Part shown: piece after piece, positions 39,801 to 48,645 of the stretch
Position numbering within the stretch: position 1 is the stretch's first letter
Layout: each line of letters starts with the position of its first letter
NCBI GenBank assembly: GCA_026394495.1
Contig: JAPKYE010000023.1
Span: 296 to 64,295 of the forward strand
Direction of reading: 5' to 3'
Length of the DNA stretch: 64,000 bases
Origin: Methanobacteriota archaeon
Lineage (GTDB): Archaea > Thermoplasmatota > E2 > DHVEG-1
Program-made: the position numbers and the translations under genes
The notes under the pieces: generated by a model
Database searches by the model: none
What the model saw: only the letters and a program-made list of their open reading frames with translations
What the model was told of the DNA's origin: nothing

Positions 39801-41802
39801 AACCGTTACGCCAGATCATAACATATTAACTATTCATGAAGGTAATCTTTTAGTTAAAAAAGCTAAAAATATTAAAGAAGGAGATCGGGTACCTCTTAGC
39901 TTAAAAAATCCTTATGAAACAACGGTATCGGAAATCAATATCCCAAAAATCCTTTCAGAGTTAAGTGACGATATTTTAATCAATATAAAACTTAGAAACT
40001 CCAAAGATTTTTTCAAAAATCTGGTAAAGAAATTGGGCAGAAATAATGTTATCAAAATATGTGATATACGGGGCTCTTCAGTCCCTTATTTAAGCAAATG
40101 GTATAAAAGTGTCCCCCTCCTACATTTTAAAAAACTCTGTGAAAACTCGCATGTTTGTTATGATGATTTACCAAAAAACACTGCTATTGGTATGAGACGA
40201 GACCACGTTAATATTCCGACATATATAACTGATATTCAATCACTTTTTTGGATCCTTGGAATTTATTGTGCAGAAGGATGGTCCCGATCTAATTTCGCCT
40301 GTAATCAGGTGGCATTTAGGATAGAGAACGCCGAATTAAGAAAAAGATTACACATAAACATGAAAAATGTGTTTGGATTAATCCCCTATCGAAATGAAGG
40401 AAGGATGATTTATTCTTCAAAAACATTGTTTTTACTTTTCAATAAAATCTGGGCTGCAGGATCGTCTGCGTATAAAAAACAAGTCCCTGAAATTATCTAT
40501 CGCGGCGATGAAAAATCAATAATTAATTTTTTATCTGCTTTTTTTGATGGCGATGGTTCCATCAGTTTGGACCCAGATAGAATCACATTCTATTCCGTTT
40601 CTCAAAAAATGATGGAAGGAATAGCAAATCTGTTATTGAGAATAAATATTTTTACTCGATATCAAAAAACAAAAAAGAGGCTTCCTGGGAAAACTGTTCT
40701 AAAGATATATGAAAAATTAGGAAAAGAACCATCTCGTCATCAGTTGTTCCATTTGGTGTTGGTTGGAGAAGATAAATATCGATTTGCGGAAATTATTAAA
40801 CCCGTTTCATATAAAAAGAAAAATCGATCATTAAAAATGGTAGAACAGCAACCCGATGAAACCTCCAGATTCATTCGTTATAAAGGGATTAATTATCCAG
40901 CAGTTGCGTTTTCTGATTATACTTTTGATATAATCAAAGAAATAAAGATCAAAGACGCAAAAGAGGCTCCTACATATTGCCTTGATGTAGAAGGCAGTAA
41001 AGCCGAAGATAAGGCAATACTTTGGCATAATCAACTTATACAGATAAGATGCGATGGCGATGAGGACGGGCAGATGCTTTTACTCGATGCATTATTGAAT
41101 TTCTCCCATGCTTACATCCCAGACAAACGAGGTGGACGGATGGATTTACCATTGATTCTTACAACACGTCTAGATCCAGCAGAAGTCGATAAAGAAGCCC
41201 ATAACATAGATACCCTTTCAAGATACCCTTTAGCGTTTTACGAAGCAACCTTAAAACACGAGCATCCGAAAAACCTTGAATCCATCATGGGATTGGTTTC
41301 ATCAAGGATTGGGACCCCATTGCAGTATGAACAGTTTGGTTTTACTCATGACACCAACCATATCTGTACTGGGCCGAAAGAATCCCTATATAAAACACTG
41401 AAAACCATGATGGAAAAGATGAATGTGCAGCTATCACTTGCCGCAAAGATACGTGCCGTAGACGAAGCAGATGTAGCATACAAGGTGATCGAGCAGCATT
41501 TCCTACCTGATATCATGGGTAATCTTCGCGCATTCAGCAAACAGTCGGTACGCTGCCCAGCCTGCAATGTGACGTATCGCCGTATCCCGTTGCAAGGAGT
41601 GTGTTCGAAATGTCAGGGGAAACTTACGCTTACCGTCCATGAGATGTCCGTAAAAAAATATTTGAATATCTCAAAAGAGATCGCAGAACGATACCATCTC
41701 CCCGAGTACGCGTGTCAACGGATTAAACTAGTGGAGAAATCCATTGATTCGTTGTTTATGAGCGACCATATGAAAGTCACGAAACTGTCTGATTTTTTCT
41801 GA
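36832..41802 (+). CDS. polC: DNA polymerase II (PolD) large subunit DP2, intein-containing
   Basis: N-terminal EYFTQLQKEIDICYTVAQNARKKGFDP. The catalytic motif HAAKRRN // CDGDEDGQMLLLDALLNF is interrupted by an about 504-aa insertion. C-terminal zinc fingers. Extein about 1150 aa. Confidence 0.9.
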   Translation: MGGDAIEPLAASKNMQEYFTQLQKEIDICYTVAQNARKKGFDPEYSVEIPQALDLAARVEQLVGPKDIAPKIRQATKKIGNRELVSLEIAREIAKGTTYKFSSVEKALDQATRTGLAILTEGVLVAPLEGIAEVKLGKNKDGTTYVDLYFSGPIRSAGGTGQAMSVLIADIVRRELGVGKYQATVGEIERYKEEIPLYKRVQHLQYVPNAEEIERVVSNCPVCVNGEGTEDEEVTGYRDLPRVGTNKLRGGACLVIAEGLCLKAPKIYKHVKKLKLDGWDFLEKFVNKGTETTQLTNGIPQIPPSYKYIGEVIAGRPVLSHPSTKGGFRLRYGRARTAGLASTAISPATMYILDSFITIGTQMKIERPGKGTIGTSCDQIEGPIVLLQNNDLVQINKVEDIHQEVSKITDVGEILIPFGEFMENNALLPDASYVYEWWVQDLEKALNCVSKTQTQKDITDADQIVSDKIKKDFKQEINLENPSAQEAFALSERYLIPLHPRYTLFWHDISVDDACQLSKYVKENGKIITDEHKEYTLSIPNNPQIKNILIELGALHKQREGNIIFDQYAYPLIRCCGLDDSDGKLIDVRTAHLKKQPDDKQDTVTLVSKLAGVILCARAPFRIGARMGRPEKAAARKMRPPPHVLFPLGNYGGNQRLFKTAAEKETIEVEAGHRKCPKCNKTTHKITCNCGAHTEIANGRIITHNINISEELQHAKNTLKEHDLPETIKGVVGTISKNKTPEPLEKGILRAKHQVYVFKDGTIRFDMTDAPLTHFKPKELGISVKRVRELGYTKDYLGNELETEDQICELYVQDVIIAKSCAEYFTQVSKFIDDLLTKFYKLDKFYKIKKIEDLTGHLVVGLAPHTSAGALGRIIGFTDAQVCFSHPFYHAAKRRNCFHFDHRIFLYDQNNDKFITDKIGEVVEKQLKNRKPQVIDTYGTIRINLDPSDNIYAYSLNRESGKLEKKKVKYFIKGKTSQWIKIKTSTNREITVTPDHNILTIHEGNLLVKKAKNIKEGDRVPLSLKNPYETTVSEINIPKILSELSDDILINIKLRNSKDFFKNLVKKLGRNNVIKICDIRGSSVPYLSKWYKSVPLLHFKKLCENSHVCYDDLPKNTAIGMRRDHVNIPTYITDIQSLFWILGIYCAEGWSRSNFACNQVAFRIENAELRKRLHINMKNVFGLIPYRNEGRMIYSSKTLFLLFNKIWAAGSSAYKKQVPEIIYRGDEKSIINFLSAFFDGDGSISLDPDRITFYSVSQKMMEGIANLLLRINIFTRYQKTKKRLPGKTVLKIYEKLGKEPSRHQLFHLVLVGEDKYRFAEIIKPVSYKKKNRSLKMVEQQPDETSRFIRYKGINYPAVAFSDYTFDIIKEIKIKDAKEAPTYCLDVEGSKAEDKAILWHNQLIQIRCDGDEDGQMLLLDALLNFSHAYIPDKRGGRMDLPLILTTRLDPAEVDKEAHNIDTLSRYPLAFYEATLKHEHPKNLESIMGLVSSRIGTPLQYEQFGFTHDTNHICTGPKESLYKTLKTMMEKMNVQLSLAAKIRAVDEADVAYKVIEQHFLPDIMGNLRAFSKQSVRCPACNVTYRRIPLQGVCSKCQGKLTLTVHEMSVKKYLNISKEIAERYHLPEYACQRIKLVEKSIDSLFMSDHMKVTKLSDFF
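39520..41031 (+). mobile_element. intein with LAGLIDADG homing-endonuclease domain in DP2
   Basis: Block A CFHFDHRIF; block B TPDHNILT; LAGLIDADG-like motifs FWILGIYCAEGW and FLSAFFDGDGSIS; block F/G TYCLDVEG...KAILWHN. The C-terminal boundary is uncertain: six residues QLIQIR lie between HN and the CDGDED extein motif. Confidence 0.7.
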
Positions 41803-41865
41803 AACATAACTTTCTTATAGCTCGTCATCTATTGCTTCTTGGATATACGATAAGGAGTTAGTTGA

Positions 41866-42147
41866 ATGGCAGAGGGTTGGTTCCAACAAATGGATAAGCA
41901 AAAATTTATTAAAATATCGTTTTACATCAATATCATTTTATTTATTGTTATCGCGATCTCTGTTGTTTTCATCATCCTTGATTCCTATAATGCAGGGAAA
42001 CTCTCAGCTTTAAATCCAAGTGGAGATCAAATGTTTCAACAAGGCATTTATCTCGCTCGTGATATCGCGTTTTTCTGTGTTGCTGTCGCATTGATTTTCT
42101 TTCAGTTCTTCAGAAACTTACGACTCATCATCCAACGATCATGGTAA
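41866..42147 (+). CDS. small membrane protein
   Basis: 93 aa, two TM helices. Confidence 0.35.
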   Translation: MAEGWFQQMDKQKFIKISFYINIILFIVIAISVVFIILDSYNAGKLSALNPSGDQMFQQGIYLARDIAFFCVAVALIFFQFFRNLRLIIQRSW

Positions 42148-42156
42148 AATATTCCC

Positions 42157-42169
42157 TATAAAAAAAAAT
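42157..42169 (+). promoter_or_regulatory. TATA box (CTATAAAAAAAAA) for the downstream structured RNA
   Basis: Lies about 15-25 bp upstream of where the GC-rich RNA region begins. Confidence 0.3.
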
Positions 42170-42171
42170 GG

Positions 42172-42503
42172 CGAAAGGTGTAGAATAGACCGGGGAGTTA
42201 GGCGTTCCCTGCAACCAGAAATCGCCGATACGCTGGGGTCGAAACCAAGAGGCAATGTAACGATCATCTCTTGATCCATCTATTGACTATGACACCTTGT
42301 CCTTTGGGATTAGAGGTGATGACTGCAGATAATCGGAGGATTATCTGCGCATCTTCACTGTGGAGACCGGGTGAGGCACGGAAGTGAGCAACCTTACCAC
42401 AGACTACCGATGCTCAGAGGGTTAACGGGGTTGAGAATATAGGTGGGTAGTCAACTGTGTGACACGTGCGTTCACTTACGGTATTTCTACGCCCGCTAAC
42501 ATT
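42172..42503 (+). ncRNA. ffs: signal recognition particle (7S/SRP) RNA candidate
   Basis: A 330-nt stretch at about 50% GC in an AT-rich genome. Perfect 9-bp hairpin with GGAG tetraloop at 42323-42349 (helix 6-like). CACGGAAGUG hairpin with GGAA tetraloop flanked by AGG/AGCA at 42370-42395, matching the helix-8 SRP54-binding consensus xAGG-stem-GGAA-stem-AGCA. Distal complementary segments TTGACTA/TAGTCAA fit helix 5. Confidence 0.5.
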
Positions 42504-42535
42504 TAAAAGAGAGTACATCATCAGGGTACTACTTC

Positions 42536-44659
42536 ATGGGGGCAGAGCATATGCAAAAATTACTGAAAGATGAGAGTCTCGTAGCATCCTGGCGGAATTT
42601 CTTTGAGGAAAACTGCAAATCCGATATTGAAACAGTTGCAGGGGGATACCCGGAAAAACGCAGCCTTGTCGTTGATTATGATCTTATTGATAAAATAGAG
42701 CCGAAACTTGCGGAGATGCTCCTCGTTCAACCCTATAAGGGTCTGCATAATGCAAAAGAGGCTCTCAAACAGATTGATACTGCTTCTGAGAACAAACTTG
42801 ATCTTCATTTCCGCATAAAAAACCTTCCTGAGAATCAGAAGATAATCATTCGAAAAATCCGCGCTAGTCATATGGGAAAACTCGTGGCTATTGAAGGTCT
42901 TGTGAAGAAAACAACTGAGGTGCGCCCCAAACTTCTTGTTGCAGCGTTTCAATGTCAGAAATGCGGTGCAGTCATCCGCATTGAACAAGATGAAGACATA
43001 CTTAAGGAACCAACTGAATGTTACGAGGATCAAAGTGGCTGCGGACGTGTGTCTTCCTTTAAACTATCTACAGTACATTCCGAGTTCATTGATTCCCAAA
43101 AACTTGAAGTTCAAGAGAACCCAGAAGGGCTGCGTGGTGGTGCTCAACCAGAGCGCATCAGCGTGTATCTAGAAGATGATCTTGTTGGTGAGATAACACC
43201 CGGGGACCGTGTCGTTGTCAATGGTGTGTTGCATTCGATGCCACGGCGACGAGGCACGTTTCGGTTAACTTCATTTGATAAAGCCATGCAGGCGGTCAGC
43301 ATAGAGAATCAGCAGTTCGCGTTCGAAGAAGTTGAGATCAGTCCTGAAGATGAAAAACAGATCTTGAAAATGAGTAAAGACCCTGAGATTTATGAGAAAA
43401 TAAGGATGAGTATCGCGCCGACGATCTACGGGATGGAAATAGAAAAAGATGCGCTTGCGCTGCAACTGTTTGGCGGAATCATGAAAGAAATGCCAGATGG
43501 TACACATACTCGAGGTGATATCCACGCTATTTTTGTTGGTGACCCAGGTACGGCTAAATCACAGCTTCTCTCCTACATGTCCAAGCTTGCACCAAGAAGT
43601 GTATACGTATCCGGGAAATCATCTTCAGCTGCAGGTCTTACCGCGGCCGCTGTTCGAGACGAATTTGGTGAAGGACAATGGACACTTGAAGCAGGTGCGC
43701 TTGTATTAGCGGATATGGGGATCGCCTGCGTCGATGAGATAGATAAAATGGATGATTCTGATCGAAGTGCTTTGCATCAGGCGATGGAACAACAGGAGAT
43801 ATCTGTTGCAAAAGCAGGGATTAATGCAACCCTGAAATCCAGATGTGCGCTTCTCGCTGCAGCAAACCCAAAACTTGGACGGTTTGATGAGTTCCTACCG
43901 ATTCATGAGCAGATCAATATGCCGCCAGCATTGCTTTCTCGTTTTGATTTGATTTTCTCTATTTTAGATAAACCAAACCGAAAAAAAGATACTGAACTTG
44001 CAGCTCATATCTTGCTTTCTCATAAAGCCGGGGAGATGCATGAGAACATATCAAAATCACCGGATTCTGTGTTTTCATCTGATGAAGAATCTGTGCTGAT
44101 GGCACATGTGAAACCGGTGTTCGAACCACAGATCCTTCGAAAATATGTTGCGTATGCGAAACGTAGTGTGTTTCCTGTGATGACTGATGATGCACTTGAA
44201 ATCCTCAAGAGTTACTATGTTGAGTTCCGAAGTTCGACGGAAGGCTCAGTACCGTTTACCCCTCGTCAGCTTGAGGCGTTTGTCCGACTTGCTGAGGCGA
44301 GTGCACGGATACGATTAAGTCAGACGGTGACAATCGATGATGCGAAACGATCGATTTCAATCATTGAGCAGTATCTGCGACGGGTTGGGATGGATAGAGA
44401 AACCGGGAAATTCGATATCGATATCATTGCGACAGGGATTAGCCACAGCCAGCAAGATCGAATGAGGCTCATCATCGATATCATAAAACAACTCTGCCAG
44501 GAATCAACAGATGGAAATGCAGCACGTCCAGATATCGTCGGTGAAGCTGAAATCAAAGGAGTTGAATCAAGTAAAGTAGAAGAGGCATTAGATCGGTTAA
44601 AACGCAATGGACAGATTTACGAGCCTGCGCACGGGAAATATAAAATCACTGAGTATTGA
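42536..44659 (+). CDS. mcm: MCM replicative helicase
   Basis: Zinc finger CQKCG...C..C, Walker A GDPGTAKS, Walker B CVDEIDKM, arginine finger SRFDL; 707 aa. Confidence 0.9.
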   Translation: MGAEHMQKLLKDESLVASWRNFFEENCKSDIETVAGGYPEKRSLVVDYDLIDKIEPKLAEMLLVQPYKGLHNAKEALKQIDTASENKLDLHFRIKNLPENQKIIIRKIRASHMGKLVAIEGLVKKTTEVRPKLLVAAFQCQKCGAVIRIEQDEDILKEPTECYEDQSGCGRVSSFKLSTVHSEFIDSQKLEVQENPEGLRGGAQPERISVYLEDDLVGEITPGDRVVVNGVLHSMPRRRGTFRLTSFDKAMQAVSIENQQFAFEEVEISPEDEKQILKMSKDPEIYEKIRMSIAPTIYGMEIEKDALALQLFGGIMKEMPDGTHTRGDIHAIFVGDPGTAKSQLLSYMSKLAPRSVYVSGKSSSAAGLTAAAVRDEFGEGQWTLEAGALVLADMGIACVDEIDKMDDSDRSALHQAMEQQEISVAKAGINATLKSRCALLAAANPKLGRFDEFLPIHEQINMPPALLSRFDLIFSILDKPNRKKDTELAAHILLSHKAGEMHENISKSPDSVFSSDEESVLMAHVKPVFEPQILRKYVAYAKRSVFPVMTDDALEILKSYYVEFRSSTEGSVPFTPRQLEAFVRLAEASARIRLSQTVTIDDAKRSISIIEQYLRRVGMDRETGKFDIDIIATGISHSQQDRMRLIIDIIKQLCQESTDGNAARPDIVGEAEIKGVESSKVEEALDRLKRNGQIYEPAHGKYKITEY

Positions 44660-44703
44660 TTAGATATCCGTTAGAGCTAAAAATTTGGTGTCATATCCTT
44701 TTT

Positions 44704-45063
44704 TTATACTTTTGGTGATGACAACTGAGCGATTGCTTTACGCACTTCATCTTTCTTACAGTTATCACCAAGTTCACCTACGATACATTCAAAAAAATTG
44801 TTTTTCATATCATTCCAGTTTAATGTCGAAACCGGGAAATACAGTTTTTTATCAATCTGCGGTGCCTTGTGGATATGAGGCGCCCATTTCATCGTACCAA
44901 CATCACAGTTATCCATATGCAGCACGTACTCTTTTCTCGTAGTTGTTTTTTTCAATACGTAGATCTCAAATTTCCTGTTGAAATACTTGTACGCGCCATC
45001 TTTATCAAAATACCGATATTCCAGTTCATAGTCTTTATTGATCGGGATGTTTCCAGTTTTCAC
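44704..45063 (-). CDS. hypothetical protein (GTG start)
   Basis: 119 aa. GTG start preceded by AGGAGGG 6 nt upstream. No family recognised. Confidence 0.4.
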   Translation of the reverse strand: MKTGNIPINKDYELEYRYFDKDGAYKYFNRKFEIYVLKKTTTRKEYVLHMDNCDVGTMKWAPHIHKAPQIDKKLYFPVSTLNWNDMKNNFFECIVGELGDNCKKDEVRKAIAQLSSPKV

Positions 45064-45166
45064 AGAGTTCCCTCCTCTGAAAACGTGTAACTAAACAGGA
45101 CTTTATAATCGTTACTCATCGTTTTTAAAAAATTAAAAAAAAATGAAAAAAAGGAGAGGGTTGTTT

Positions 45167-47365
45167 TTACCCCATATAATATTCAGGTGGATATGGCTCT
45201 GGTTTCAACCCTTTGCGTTCTCTGATTAGTTTAATTATTTTATCTTGCAGGCTTCGCGGAAGAGGCTCAAACCCCATGTTCTCTGTGTTCCACAATACCC
45301 GTCCACCGGTTGCAGATCGGATTGCGCTTGCAAAACCAAACATGTCAGCAACTGGTGCTTTCGCATCGATATTCACCAAGTCGCCTTCGACCTGCATATC
45401 ACGAACAATCGCACGACGCTGATTCAACTCCCGTGACGCATCCCCCATCAGATCCTGCGGGGTGCTAATAAACACTTTTTGCATGGGTTCTAATAAAACC
45501 GGATCTGAGATAATAATCGCACCATAAATCGCATTTCTTGCAGCAGGGATAACCTGAGCGGGTCCTCGGTGAATAGCGTCTTCATGGAGTTTTGCATCAA
45601 CAAGACTGATCAACAGTCCTTGACAGGGTTCACTAGCAATAGGCCCGCTTTTCATGACTTCATCAAATGCTTCTTTGATTAACTCCCGTGTTTCAAACAA
45701 ATGTTGAATACCTTTTGTCACATCAGCAATTATGTTTAATTTATTGAATGCAAACACACCTTTTGCTGCGTCTTTATCCATCCCGAGATCCTGAAGGATT
45801 TTTGCAACCTCTTTTTTGTATTTCTTCACGTTCTGTGGGATTTCATTGTTGTATAATGCTTTTATAACATTTTCCGGCAATGGTTCAACCTCTATGTAGA
45901 ACCGATTATGTTTGTTTGGTGATTTTCCTTCGAACTTATACGGACTTTTCTTTGTGACACATTCTCGATAGACCACAATTGGTTCTGAGGTGACAATGTC
46001 AACTTTATGTTCATTGCGAATCCGATATTCCGTGATCTCAAGGTGAAGCTCACCCATCCCTGACATCAAGTTTTCTCCAGTCTGCTGGTCGATTTCTATT
46101 TGAATGCTCGGATCTGCTTTTGAAATCAATCGTAAAACTTCAATAAGTTTTGGGAGATCCTTTGTGTTTTTTGCTTCAACCGCAACTGTTACCACAGGAT
46201 CTGAGATATGAACAATCCGCTCAAAAGGCTCCATCTCCGGATCAGAACTCACCGTGCTTCCTGCGATTGCATCTCTGATACCAGTAACAGCAGCAATGTT
46301 TCCTGCGGTGACGTAATCCACCGGGATCTTATCGGCACCAACCATCAAATTTGTTTGTTGAATACGGTTTGCATTTGGCATCCCTATGACGTACACATCT
46401 TGTCCTCGTTCGACTTTACCGCTGTACATTCGCCCAATAGCAACTTCACCAGCATGAGGATCAATAATAATTTTTGTGACCATTAACGCAAGTGGTCCAT
46501 CTTCACGGCATTCCATCATACTCTTCCCCACAGTATGCTCTAAGTCTCCTCGCCAGATGTGAGGGATACGGTATTTCTGTGCAACTTTCGGGGACGGGAG
46601 ATGATCAACGACCATATCTAAAACAACTTCATGGATGGGGAGTTTCTTTGCGATACTCTTTTGGTCATTTTTACTGCAGTAATCATAAATATCTTTAAAA
46701 CTAATCCCTGTTTTTTTCATGTACGGTGCGGAGATTGCCCAGTTGTTGAATGCAGAACCAAACGCAACACTTCCATCTTCGACTTTCACGTTCCATTTTC
46801 CCTTGAATTCCTCAGGAACCATCTTGTCCACAAGCTCATTGAATTTGCTGATGATTTTAATGAATCGTTGTTGCATTTCTGGTGGGGTAAGTCGCAGTTC
46901 GTTGATCAGTCGGTCGACTTTATTAATGAATAGCACAGGTTTTACTTTCTCCCGGAGTGCTTGTCGCACAACAGTCTCCGTCTGCGGCATCGGTCCTTCC
47001 ACTGCACAGACCAAAACGATACAACCATCAACAGCACGCATAGCTCTTGTAACATCGCCACCGAAATCAACGTGTCCAGGGGTATCAATAAGGTTGATGA
47101 GGTATTCTTTTTCTCTGAAACTGTGAACCATTGATGCACATGCAGCATTGATGGTGATCCCTCGTGCTTGTTCTTGTTCATCGTAATCAAGTACAAGCTG
47201 TTTACCTGCGAGTTCTTCACTCATCATCCCGCAACCAGCAAGTAAATTATCAGAAAACGTGGTCTTCCCATGATCAATATGAGCCGCAATATCGATGTTG
47301 CGAATATAATCTAACTTGTTCATGATGTCTCTTGCACGTTTAACATTATCTTCTTTTCGTCCCAT
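45167..47365 (-). CDS. fusA: elongation factor 2 (aEF-2)
   Basis: G domain AHIDHGKTT, DTPGHVDF, and the diphthamide-site HRG in DAIHRGPAQVIP; 732 aa. Confidence 0.9.
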   Translation of the reverse strand: MGRKEDNVKRARDIMNKLDYIRNIDIAAHIDHGKTTFSDNLLAGCGMMSEELAGKQLVLDYDEQEQARGITINAACASMVHSFREKEYLINLIDTPGHVDFGGDVTRAMRAVDGCIVLVCAVEGPMPQTETVVRQALREKVKPVLFINKVDRLINELRLTPPEMQQRFIKIISKFNELVDKMVPEEFKGKWNVKVEDGSVAFGSAFNNWAISAPYMKKTGISFKDIYDYCSKNDQKSIAKKLPIHEVVLDMVVDHLPSPKVAQKYRIPHIWRGDLEHTVGKSMMECREDGPLALMVTKIIIDPHAGEVAIGRMYSGKVERGQDVYVIGMPNANRIQQTNLMVGADKIPVDYVTAGNIAAVTGIRDAIAGSTVSSDPEMEPFERIVHISDPVVTVAVEAKNTKDLPKLIEVLRLISKADPSIQIEIDQQTGENLMSGMGELHLEITEYRIRNEHKVDIVTSEPIVVYRECVTKKSPYKFEGKSPNKHNRFYIEVEPLPENVIKALYNNEIPQNVKKYKKEVAKILQDLGMDKDAAKGVFAFNKLNIIADVTKGIQHLFETRELIKEAFDEVMKSGPIASEPCQGLLISLVDAKLHEDAIHRGPAQVIPAARNAIYGAIIISDPVLLEPMQKVFISTPQDLMGDASRELNQRRAIVRDMQVEGDLVNIDAKAPVADMFGFASAIRSATGGRVLWNTENMGFEPLPRSLQDKIIKLIRERKGLKPEPYPPEYYMG

Positions 47366-47397
47366 AACCCATCAAATCCTTTTTTACTAAAACAGGT

Positions 47398-47994
47398 TTA
47401 TCGCGCTGATTTCGCGACGCGTTCAAGATCATTTTTCTTTGCAATCGCAAATGAAGACGGATCATTTTTCGACGCTTTTATAAGTTCATCAGCAAGACAT
47501 GCTTCGATACTCTTCGTATTCTTGTAACTAGCAGTTCTAGCACCAAGACTGATGTTTCGCATTGCGATATCCAGTCGTCTCTGAGGTGAAACATCCACTG
47601 CTTTTGGCACGAGGATTCCACCGAACCGTAACCTGGTGGTTTCTTCTTTTGGTGCAGCATTCTGAAATGCATCAACAATGACTTGCATAGGGTTCGTTTT
47701 CATTTTTTTGTCGATGAGGTCCATCGCATCTCGAACAGCTTTGTACGCCTTGGTTTTCTTCCCAGTATAGTTCTCTGTTTTCATCAGGGTGTTAATGAAC
47801 CGTTCAATCAATGGAAGTCGTGATTTCCCAAACATCCTATTTGCATGAGGTGCACCGAGGAAGAAATCCCTTAATTCGAGGTTCATGTATCGCTCTAGCC
47901 CCTTATCCTCAATTTTTAGGGTACTCATATCGTATTTTTCCAACGCCGGGAAAAACGCGGTACCCACTTGTTTGACCTCTTGTTTCTCCGTCAT
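47398..47994 (-). CDS. rps7: ribosomal protein uS7
   Basis: 198 aa; C-terminal ...FAIAKKNDLERVAKSAR is typical of archaeal S7. Sits in str-operon order S12-S7-EF2. Confidence 0.85.
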   Translation of the reverse strand: MTEKQEVKQVGTAFFPALEKYDMSTLKIEDKGLERYMNLELRDFFLGAPHANRMFGKSRLPLIERFINTLMKTENYTGKKTKAYKAVRDAMDLIDKKMKTNPMQVIVDAFQNAAPKEETTRLRFGGILVPKAVDVSPQRRLDIAMRNISLGARTASYKNTKSIEACLADELIKASKNDPSSFAIAKKNDLERVAKSAR

Positions 47995-47996
47995 GA

Positions 47997-48428
47997 TTAT
48001 CGTCTCATTGGTTTCTCTATCTTCTTTTTCACAAGCATATCTAATGCCACATCATTGACTTTAATGATTTTATATCGAACACCCGGGATATCACCGTAAC
48101 TTCGTCCCATCCGTCCGCCGATTCCTTCGACGATTACTTCATCGTGTTCATCAATAAAACTAATCGCATGGTTTTTAGGAGCAAATGCAGTGATTTGTCG
48201 GCCGTTTTTGATCAGCTGAACTTTTACGCATTTCCTGATTGCAGAGTTTGGTTGTTTTGCTTCAATCCCTACTTTTTCTATGACGATACCTCTCGCCTGG
48301 GTAATGCCCTCGAGCGGATCTGATTTTTCTTTTAAATGAAGTACTCTGCGTTTATAGTATCGACTACTCCAAAGCTGAGTTTTTCTGTTTTTCTTCAATT
48401 TTCTTGCTGCATACAGTCCTTTGCCCAT
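47997..48428 (-). CDS. rps12: ribosomal protein uS12
   Basis: [25 protein letters not shown]...GGRMGRS; 143 aa. Confidence 0.9.
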   Translation of the reverse strand: MGKGLYAARKLKKNRKTQLWSSRYYKRRVLHLKEKSDPLEGITQARGIVIEKVGIEAKQPNSAIRKCVKVQLIKNGRQITAFAPKNHAISFIDEHDEVIVEGIGGRMGRSYGDIPGVRYKIIKVNDVALDMLVKKKIEKPMRR

Positions 48429-48645
48429 AGTTCACCTTATCTAGTAGGAGTGAAAGACCAGTATACAGTTTTACTATATAAATGCTTAGCCCTGTTTTCT
48501 ACGAGATAACCCGTGGTTTACTATATAAAATAACAGGGTTGTTTTTTCAGTTGATTTTCTGTGCGATGATATTAAAAACTATTAAATATTAATACTGCTA
48601 TAATATATTAGTGATTTTCTCTTCTTGCGGAGGGGAGTTATACCA

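Noticed and set aside
42172-42503. RNase P RNA as the identity of the GC-rich structured region
   Set aside because: The universal P4, CR-I and CR-V sequence elements (GGAAAGUCC..., GGGUGAAA.GGUGCGGUAAG) are not present. The GGAG and GGAA hairpins with the AGG/AGCA loop fit SRP RNA helices 6 and 8 much better.
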